64,000 nt of DNA from the NCBI RefSeq assembly GCF_009914755.1, contig NC_060925.1; one strand, 5' to 3'. Below are positions 54,301 through 64,000 of this stretch, piece after piece. The translations under genes and the position numbers were made by a program. The notes beneath the pieces were generated by a model. That model was given only the letters and a program-made list of their open reading frames with translations, did not search any database and had not been told where the DNA came from. This DNA comes from the human T2T-CHM13v2.0 reference genome, Homo sapiens. Positions within the stretch are counted from its first letter, which is position 1; each line of letters begins with the position of its first letter.

Positions 54301-54870
54301 TTTCTGAGAGTTAATTCCAGAGAAATGGAGCCTTATGTTCACATAATAATGTGTATACAAATGTCTATAGCAGCTTTATTTATAATAATGAAGTATAGGA
54401 AAAACCTGATGTCCTTCAACATTTGAGTGGTTAAACAAACTGTGGTATGTCCATACCATGAAATTCTATGCAGCATAAAAAGTGATGAGCTATTAATACA
54501 CACAACAACTCAGATGAATCTCCAGAAAATTACACGGAGTGGAAAAAAAAAGCTAGCCCAAAAGGTTATGTACCATATAGCCCTACTTATATAACATTTA
54601 TGAAATGACAAAATATAGAAATGGAGAATAGATTAGTGGTTGCAGAGGAATAAGAAGGGGGATATGAAGGATCCTAGTGTTGGTGGTAATGTTTTGCATC
54701 TCCACTGTATCAATGTCTCTATGCTGGTGTGAAAATTGTATTATAGTTCTTCAAGATGTTACCAGTAGGGGAAATTATGTGAAAGAGACATGGGATCTCT
54801 CTACATTATTTTTGACAACTGCATGTGAATCTACCATTATTTCAAAATAAAAAATTTAATTTAAAAAATA
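51335..54870 (+). mobile_element. Internally deleted L1MC/MD (5'UTR, ORF2 start, L1MD-type 3' end) with a nested L1MB 3' end at ~51455-52430
   Basis: agacttctacttctgggaaaatag 5' start; ...acaactgcatgtgaatctaccattatttcaaaataaaa 3' end; nested L1MB 3'UTR. Confidence 0.7.
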
Positions 54871-55502
54871 TGATCTGATCTAGCAAGACCCAGCCCAAAT
54901 TTCATAGACCCTAGAAAAATGCACCTGGAAATGCAGGCATGAGATTGAGATGAGAGGAGTGAAGGAAATTTTTGATAATGATTTTAATAATTTTTAAAAC
55001 AATTCTTAAAAAGTCAAAAGAGCTTCACAAATATGGACAGCCCACTCTAACCCTCATATTAGGAAATTGTCCTGGAAATCTTGTCCTTATATCCTAAACA
55101 ATGTTTTGCATCCTTTGGTTTTCATCATGTAGCAATATAAATGATGTGTAAAATCATCTGTGCATGCATTTTAGAAATAGATTTTGAAAACTCAAAGCTA
55201 GACATCTTTTTCTTCTAACTTTAGTACTCTGGACATGAAAATAAACCTAGATGTTCTGGCAAATATTAAGTGATTCCTTGGGATATAAGTTTTAAAAGTC
55301 TTGCATTTCATTATTCTATCATATCATGGTCATTTATAAAAACCATCAAAGGCAACATTTTCATTTGTCTTGCTCATTGAACATTTTCATACCTATGCTT
55401 GGCCCTTTGCTGGCTCAAATTAAATGACTGACCTAATTTTTCCCATACCAGTTGAAACGTTGCTAAAATTGCTTGTAGTTAATCAGCCATAATGATGGAG
55501 AA

Positions 55503-55784
<282 letters not shown>

Positions 55785-56489
55785 ATGATGGAGAAATTTT
55801 ATCTTGGATCCAGAAGCTGGGCAAAAGATCTTGTATATCAACCAAGTTTTCTTTTCCTGGTTCTTCCATATATTCAGTAACAATTGTAGTTTTCTGCAGT
55901 TTATGTCATTATTTTACTGCTCAGTTTGTGGCCATTAAAAAGGTCATCAAATTGAGATAAATTAGTGAAACTCAGGAAGGAATGACTTCTGGTTCATATT
56001 TCTTTGTAGACACCTACTGAAAAAACACATTGAAAAATTGATAAGTTGTGTGTCTGGCAGAAAAGAAACTTCGTCCTCTAGGATCAGAGCTTTTCATATG
56101 CAGCTTTTCAAGTTCTGCCTGAAACTCAGAACAGAAAATATTGCAAAGGCATATATACATATTACTAATTTAATAAAAATCACATGCAGAAAAACCCTAG
56201 ACCCCTTTCTTCATCCTCACAGTTGGAAAGCTCTTTATTTCATAGCTGATTGATAAGGCTTTGCATCACAAAAGAGGAAGTTTTAGAATTAGTACTTCTC
56301 TATATGATCAATTATGAATAAGTAAATTGCAAATGTGTGTCTGGCTTCCCAGATATTTCAGAGTATTTTTCAAATTTGTGGTTTTCAACATGGCCTTGGG
56401 CATATATACATATATGTGCAAGTGCATATGTGTGTGCACACACATTGTGTAAGTGTGTAATGTTGAACAAAGCTTGTCACGTAATTCTT

Positions 56490-56590
56490 TCTTTTCTTTC
56501 TTTCTGTGGGTACATAGTTGTTATATACATTTATGGAATACATGAAATATTTTGATACAGGCATGCAATGTGTAATAATCCCATCATCTC
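56490..56590 (-). mobile_element. L1MA 3' terminal fragment
   Basis: gtgggtacatag...tttatggaatacatgaaatattttgatacaggcatgcaatgtgtaataatc. Confidence 0.75.
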
Positions 56591-56864
56591 ATGTAATTCC
56601 GATTCCCAAACTTTCTTATTGACAACCAGTGTTCTGAAATATATCACAAAATATTCAAAAGTGTATCCTTGCAAAACATCTTGAATATTAAATATTAGTC
56701 ACACATGCACTGAAGTCCCTCAAATAAATGGTTATGGATTAAAGTGCCGAGTAAAATGTAATGACACAGAAAATAATTTCAGTGTTCACGACATTTATTT
56801 TTCTATAGGTCCTTCCACCAGGAGTTTACATAATGCTTATAACACACTTGGCACTTGCTGAACT

Positions 56865-57060
56865 CCACAACACAAGGGACTAGATCTCTTTATTGATAAA
56901 TAGGTAGCCAGAGCCTAGCACTGTGTCTGGTACACAGTGGGCACTCAGCAAATATTTGTGGAAAATGAATAAAGGAAGAGTCCAGTATGACTCCTGGTTT
57001 CTGGTTTGGGAGCCTAATTGGATGGCAACGACATTAACGGATAGAAAGCGTAGAATAGAC
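56865..57060. mobile_element. L2 fragments
   Basis: gagcctagcactgtgtctggtacacagtgggcactcagcaaatatttg; tgactcctggtttctggtttggg. Confidence 0.6.
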
Positions 57061-57091
57061 ACAGAAAGGGAAAAAAGAAAATGAATTGGTA

Positions 57092-57842
57092 TAGCCACTT
57101 TGGGAGACAGTTTGGTATTTCTCTAAACTAGACATACTTTCACCATGCAATTCAACAATCACCCTCCTTGATATTTACCCAAAGGAGTTGAAAATTTAGG
57201 TCCACACAAAAACCTGCACACACATGTTTATAGTAGTTTTATTCATAGTTACCAAATTACCAAAACTTGGAAATGACCAAGATTTTCTTCAGTAGGTGAA
57301 CGGGTAAATAAACCATGATACATCTAGACAGTGGAATACTAATCAACACTAAAAAGAAATCAGCTTTCATCTATGAAAAGACATGGATGAACCTTAAATG
57401 CCTATTTCTAAGGGAAAGGAGCCAATCTGAAAAGGCTACATGCTGTATGAATCCAACTATGTAACATTCTGGAAAGGCAAAAGTAGGAAGACAATAAAAA
57501 GATCAGGGGTTGCCAGAGGTCAGTGGGGAAAGAGGAATGGCTAGGTAGAGTAAGAGGACGTTTAGTGCCATGAAACTATTCTGTGTAGTACTATTAATAT
57601 AATGGTGGATACATGTCATACATTTATCAAAGCCTACGTAATGTGCAACACAGAGAGAAGCCTAATGTAAACTATGGATGTTGGGTAATAATGATGTGTC
57701 AATGGAGATTCATCAATTATAACAAATGTAGCATTCTGGTGGAGAGGTTATGCACATTGGAAGGGCAGGGACTATATGGAAAATCTCTGTACTTTTTGCT
57801 CAGTTTTGCTCTGAACCTAAAACTGCTCTAAAAAAATAAAGT
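57092..57842 (+). mobile_element. L1MC1-like 3' end
   Basis: Colinear with 10300-11230. Confidence 0.85.
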
Positions 57843-58165
57843 TCGCTGGGCGTAGTGGTTCATGCCTGTAATCCCAGCACTTTGGGAGGCTGAAGTGGGT
57901 GAATCACTTGAGGCCGGGAGTTTGAGACCAACTTGGCCCACATGGCGAAACCCCATCTCTACTGAAAATACAAAACTTAGCCAGGCTTGTTGCTCATGCC
58001 TGTAATCCCAGCTATTCAGGAGGCTGAGGCATGAGAATTGCTTGAACCCAGGAGGCGGAGGTTGCAGTGAGCCAAGATCACACCACTGCACTCCAGCGTG
58101 GGTGACCAGAGGGAGACTCTGTCTCAAAATAAAATATAAAATAAAATGAAATAAAATAAAACAAA
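57843..58165 (+). mobile_element. AluSz/Sx
   Basis: Dimeric Alu with an (AAAAT)n tail. Confidence 0.92.
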
Positions 58166-58304
58166 AGTCTATTAAAATGAATTTGAGATCATCATGGAAA
58201 TTTAAAGAGAAAGGGTGTCTTCCACAGGGTTGAATGCTGCAGAGAGAGGAAACATGGTCTAAGGAGCCAAAGTCATCACTGGTGATTAGAAGATTGTTGG
58301 TGGC

Positions 58305-58612
<308 letters not shown>

Positions 58613-58623
58613 ATTGTTGGTGA

Positions 58624-59003
58624 AATGATTTGGAGATTTAAGCCCCTCCAAACCTCATGTTGAAATTTGATTCTCATTGTTGAGGTGGGGCCTAGTGGGA
58701 GGTGTGTGGGTTATGGGGGTGGATCACTCAGGAATGGCTTAGTGCCATCCTGCTGATAATGAGGAGTTCTTACTCTATTAGTTCCCATAAGACGTGGTTG
58801 TCAAAAAGGCCATGGCACCTCCCTGCCCTCTCTGGCTTCCTTTCTTGCCATGTGATCTGCACACACTGGCTCTCCTTCACCTTTTGCTACTGAGGCCTCA
58901 CCAGTAGCAGATGCTGGCAGCATGCATCTAGTACAGCCTGCAGAACCATGAGCCAAATCAACCTCTTTTCTTAATAAATTACCCAGCCTCAGGTGTTTAT
59001 AGC
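58624..59003 (+). mobile_element. MST/MLT1A LTR
   Basis: ccctccaaacctcatgttgaaatttg...aattacccagcctcagg. Confidence 0.82.
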
Positions 59004-59182
59004 TACTAAGTATTCAAAGACAAGCTCATATTCACTAGAAGTTAGAGATGCAAAAAGTTTTAAAAATATGCAATACCACTCTACTCAATATTTTTAAGGT
59101 TAGATGATATCAGTTTCTAGAGACATCAGAAGATACAAGGATCCTTATGCACTGCTGGAGAGAATGTAAATGGATATAGCCT

Positions 59183-59600
59183 TGATATGGTTTGGATCTG
59201 TGTCCTCATCCAAATCTCATATCGAATTGTAATTCCCAGTGTTGGAGGTGGGGCTTGTGGTAGGTAATTGGATCACGGGAGAGGATCCTTCATGAATGGT
59301 TTAGAACCATCCCTTTGGTGCTGGTCTTGTGATGGCGAGTGAGTTATTATGAGATTTGTTTGTTTAAAAGTGTATAGCACCTCCCCTCTGTTTCTCTTCC
59401 TCCTGCTCTGACCATAACGTACTTGCTTCCCCTTCGCCTTCTGCCATGACTGGCCTCCCCAGAAGCCAAGCAGATGACAGCGTCATGCTTCCTGCGCAGA
59501 CTGCGGGACTTTGAGCCAACTAAGCCTCTTTCCTTTATAAATTACCCACTCTCAGGATCCTCAGGTATTTCTTTATAGCAATGTGAGAATGAACTAACAC
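59183..59600 (+). mobile_element. MSTB-like solo LTR inside an L1ME remnant
   Basis: tgatatggtttggatctgtgtcc...ttctttatagcaatgtgagaatgaactaacaca. Confidence 0.88.
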
Positions 59601-59974
59601 AAGCCTTTATAGAGAACGATCTGTAACATATGATAATGCATAATGAAACTACCACTAAAGCCAAAATCAGTTGGATCCCTTGGAAATATCAATGCAACAG
59701 ATTCTCCATGAAAAATGAAACCATGATGACAACGAGATTGAACAAGTAGTAGGAACAAACGTACCTTGCCTATGTATTGAATTGATTTGAGTGCTGGAGA
59801 ATTGGAGTTCACCATATGCACAAGGGGGAGGCTTCCATGAAGTCTCAACTACATGGTGAATCCCACTCACACCCCCTATTAAACCTACACCAGGTGATAC
59901 ACCAGGTGATACCCCAGTATTTACCCTGTACCTGCTGCATGACACTCAGTGAGAACCCCAGCTTCAGAACAACA

Positions 59975-60100
59975 GCAGGGGGCTTTATTTCTTTTTCCCT
60001 GCTATATCTCTAGTGCCTAGAATAGCTTCTGGCACATACTGGCTGGGCAATAGTTGTTGGATGGATGAATAGATGGGTGGGTGGATAGATGGATGAATGA
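59975..60100 (+). mobile_element. L2 3' end with (TGGA)n tail
   Basis: ctctagtgcctagaatagcttctggcacata...ggatggatgaat. Confidence 0.7.
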
Positions 60101-60232
60101 AAGCATTTTTGAATTAAACAACAAATAAGAATTGGAGAAGTAAAGTTATAGGAACAGTCACCTTCCATGGGAGAAAACCGACACATTTTTTGATGCTAGC
60201 TCTTTTCTTGGTTTGGTAATTGGGCTTTAAAG

Positions 60233-60233
<1 letters not shown>

Positions 60234-60280
<47 letters not shown>
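60234..60280. repeat. Perfect (TG)~23 microsatellite
   Basis: Seen directly. Confidence 0.98.
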
Positions 60281-60282
<2 letters not shown>

Positions 60283-60624
60283 ATTGTTCTACGATGTTAC
60301 ATTGTGGTTCCTCCCTCTCCTTTTCTTGACCTTGCCTTACAGGATTGATTATGCCCCTTTCTTCATGCAAGGCCCTCATTTTCTTTTTTATTAACTTTCA
60401 GCTCTCATTCTTTCCCCAGCACAGACTTGCTCTATTGCACTGCATCTACAGCCTCACCATGCACATTCTAGGTGTTTATTTGCATGTGTATGCAGGCCAA
60501 TATCCAATTGGCACACGGGGCACAGCCTCCCAGGAGGAGCCCATTCTGATGGGTTGACACTCACCACACTTATTTTTCACTATTTTAAATATTGGCCTGT
60601 GCATAGCCTAATGTTCGTCTAAAT

Positions 60625-60864
60625 ACAGTTGACCCTTGAACAACATGGGTTTGAGCTGAGCAAGTCCACTTATATGCGGATTGTTTTCAATCAAATGAGG
60701 ATCGAAAATACAGTATTGGAGGGATGCACAACCCCCGTATATGGAGGGCAGAATTTTCTTCTATGAGGGTTCCGCAGGGCCAACTGTGGGACTTGAGTAT
60801 GCTTAGATTTTGGCATACGCAGGGGGCCTGGAACCAATTTCCCGCTTATACTGAAGGACAACTG
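60625..60864 (-). mobile_element. MER8 (Tigger2-derived MITE)
   Basis: TIRs cagttgaccctt / aaggacaactg, TA on both flanks, ~240 bp. Confidence 0.88.
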
Positions 60865-60929
60865 TATATTCTTAATATATCTAATACTCATTTAACATAT
60901 TATAATGGTTATTTTAAATATATTTTAAT

Positions 60930-61620
60930 AGTAGTGCTCATTTAATTGGAAAACATATATCTTTGTTTCTCAATTTTCTTCATTCTACTTTGTTTTTGCA
61001 AATCATCCACATTGCCTTCATTTCTTCTGACTGCTACAAAATGTTCCATTGCATGCAGCTAGCATTTTACTCATTCACTCTAAGGACAGACATAAAGGTT
61101 ACCACCTGTTCTTTGCTGCCATCCTTGCCAATATAGTTGGAAATTCCTAATATATCTTTCTTTATGGAGCTATGTGCTAATTTTTCTGAGGTATATACCC
61201 AGGATGGAATTGCTAGAGTAGTACACATGTCTGATTTCATTATGTATTATCATATATTATAAATTGTTCTCCACAAAGGCCATATCTATTTACCTTCTCT
61301 CCAGAAGTGCATGAGGATCCCTGTATCTTCTGATGTCTCTAGAAATGGATATCATCTAACCTTAAAAATATCAATTAGAGTGTTATTGCATTTTTTAAAA
61401 TAAATTTTATATCTCTAATTTCTAGCAAATATGAGGTTTTCTTTAAATTCTCATTAGCTAGTCAGCTTTTCACTTCTGTTAATGGCTAATTCATATTCTT
61501 TCCCCATATTCTAGTGAATTTTCTGATTTTTTTCCCATTTATTTTCATGAGTTTCTTCAATGTGCCAGACATGAATCCTTGTAAGGTTTTGGAGACTGGA
61601 AATTTCTTTTCCCACCTCTT
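60930..61620 (-). mobile_element. L1ME 3' remnant
   Basis: gtatatacccaggatggaattgctag...aaattgttctccacaaagg... Confidence 0.6.
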
Positions 61621-61682
61621 AATACTGCTTTCTCAGGATTTCTACAGAGTGGGAGCAACTGTATATCCTGATCTAAACTATA

Positions 61683-62723
61683 AGTAGTTTTCCTTTATCT
61701 GCCAGGGATACATTCTAAGACTTTCAGTGTGTAAAGCAAAAAGTGTCTGAGACAGATCTCAATTGATATAGAGGTTTATTTTGCCAAGGTTGAGGGTGCA
61801 CCCAGGAACAAGAGACACAAGTTACAATAAGATCTGTGTTTGGTACTTCTTCCAAAAATGGTTTTGAGAACTTCAATATTTAAAGGGGAAATAACAGGCA
61901 GCAGAGGAAGAAGGAAAGAAAACAAAAGGGAGGGTAGGTGGTGAGAGGAGTGATTACATTTTTGTAAGGCTTTGATCAGCACTTACTGAATCCACATGTT
62001 AAATATGAAAGCAGTGGGATAGAGAAACAGTCAATTACGCATTCATCTCATACTTAGTAGATCTGTATTTTACACAGGATAAAGTAAACAGAGAGTAGAG
62101 GAAGAAGTCAAATATGCACTTATCTTGAAGGTGGGTGGAGGGATGATTTCTAGTTTTGTCTTTGTCCTGTACCTTTGAAGATAAGCTGTTGATTCACATT
62201 GTCAGGGTGAGGGAGACCACTTGGTGAGCTATGTGGCCTTCTATCTTGCAGCTGTTTAGAACCAAAAGGAAGGCAGTATTTTTGTTTGTTTGTCTGTTTG
62301 TTTTGTGTGACTCAGCTCCCAAGCTTAAAACTTTCCCCTTTGGCATAGTGAGCTTGGGGTCCCAGAGATTTTATTTTCCTTTCACATGTGGATGTCTGAA
62401 ACCTCAGATAGAACCAAACCCCCTGTGTACCATGTTATTTTGACCTGAACATATACTGTGTTTTTTCTATGTGATATCTCACACGTCTACTAGCGGGTGG
62501 GTAGCATACACAGTATGGATACACGGGATAAATGGATGATTCATGTCTTGGATAGGAGGGAGCAGAATGGCATGAGAGTTCATCGTGCAAGTCTGAGGGT
62601 GCACAATTTAAAACCTAGAAATTATTTATTCCTCGAATTTTTCCATTTAAAATTTTTGGACTGTGGCTGACTGCAAGTAACTGAAACCAAGGAAAACAAA
62701 GCCATGGATAAGGGGCACTACTG
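61683..62723 (-). mobile_element. MER44 (Tigger7-derived), split by a MER4 LTR
   Basis: agtagttttcctttatctgccagggatacattctaagac...cagtg|gatgtctgaaacc...ggataaggggcactactg. Confidence 0.8.
61730..62386 (-). mobile_element. MER4-family solo LTR (ERV1)
   Basis: Minus strand TGTGAAAGGAAAATAAAATCTCTGGGACCCCAAGCTCACTATGCCAAAGGG; 4-bp TSD agtg/tgtg. Confidence 0.85.
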
Positions 62724-62724
62724 T

Positions 62725-63532
62725 ACTCACAGCATTTGTGACACCAATTGTGTGTAGGTTTCCTTCCCCACACCAACAAATTCCCTCTCTGGGTATCCTG
62801 CAATTTAATTCAATTCTGACAAGAACTACCTGGAGTTGGTATCAGACTCCACAGGCTTAAGGGTTCAGTCCCACAAAACTGCCCTCACTTTGGAGGCTAC
62901 TTGCAAATAGAGGGTCCCCAGGTTACTCACACTTCTGTCTGACTTGGCTACAAATCAGGGGTTCCCATGACTCCCCTTCAGTTTCAGTAATTTGCTAGAA
63001 TGGCTCACAAACTCAGAAAAATTATTTACTTTCTCTCACTGATTTACTATACACAACACAACTCAGGAACAGCCAAATGGAAGAGAGGCATAGATCTAGG
63101 TATGGAGTGGGGGTTGCACAGAGCTTCCCTTCCCTCTCCCGACACTGCCCTCCCAGCACCTCCATGTGTTCAACCCAGAAACTCTCCAAACCCTGTCGTT
63201 TAGGGGTTTTTATGGTGGCTTGATCGGTTAAATCAATGGTCATTAGTAATTGAACTCAATCTCCAGCCCCTTCCTGGAGGTTGGTGGGGAGTCTGGACAT
63301 CCAACCGTCTAACCACATGGTTGGTTCTTTTGGCAAGCAACCTTCATCCTAAAACCCTCTAGAGGCTTTTCCAAAGTTATTGGCATAAACTCAGGTGTGG
63401 TTGAAAGGGCTTATTATGAGTAACAAAAGACTCTCTTCTTATTCCTGTCACTCAGAGAATTCTAAGGGTTTTAGAAGCTCTGTGCCAGGAACCAGGGACA
63501 CAAACCAAATATGTATTTCTTATTATCATACC
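62725..63532 (-). mobile_element. MER21-family LTR
   Basis: caattctgacaagaactacctggag...tcccacaaaactgccctcactt...gtgccaggaaccaggg...tatttcttattatcata. Confidence 0.82.
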
Positions 63533-64000
63533 TGGTATTTGCCAAAATGTGGGTCCAGGTACAAAATCCATGTTGATGTCTGGAACTTCCATCACTCTGG
63601 GGAAGGTGGCATCTTAAAAATGGGGACCCCTGAGAGTACTCATTCATTGAATATTCATTATTTACCTGACACCAAGGCTCCTACTTTTGATCAGCTGATA
63701 GTCTAATGGGGGAGGCACATAACAAGGAAGAAATCATCCAGACAATGGAAAGGTATAGAGGAATAACCAGGGCAAAGTAACATGGTCACATGAAACTCCT
63801 CTCTCTGCAATGGACCTAGTAGGTCTCTGAAACAAACACATCATTTACCAGCACTACCCCTTTCATAAGTGTCTGCAGATACTGTGGTTCAGGATTGAAT
63901 GGCTAGAATGTCGTGTTGCTCTAGAATATGTCGTAAAGCATCAGGTTCTACAGGGTGGAAATCACCCCTCCAAGCACAGAGTCATACCTGGTGCCCTTGG

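Overview
Primate (very probably human) AT-rich, repeat-dense intergenic or deep-intronic DNA. I recognise no intact protein-coding gene. Roughly two-thirds of the window is interspersed repeat: a full-length but dead L1PA7-like LINE-1 (26.4-32.85 kb) nested in an older near-full-length antisense L1M, several L1MC/MD/ME/PB fragments, about ten Alus/monomers (including one AluYd-type), solo LTRs (MER11, MER4, MER21, MST, MER76-like), DNA-transposon fossils (MER2, MER8, MER44, MER63), and L2/MIR remnants. Two cellular-RNA retrocopies are present: a 5'-truncated processed pseudogene of ACP1 (fast-isoform exon) and a tailless 5'-half tRNA-Phe retropseudogene with a perfect 15-bp TSD. The most unusual structure is the ACP1 insertion. 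It sits in the AT microsatellite of an L1PB element, ends in a fold-back hairpin, and carries an inverted ~210-bp duplicate of its own target site, which looks like a germline fossil of a retrotransposition-associated fold-back rearrangement. Repeat subfamily names and reference comparisons come from remembered consensus sequences, not from a search, and boundaries of old repeats are approximate.
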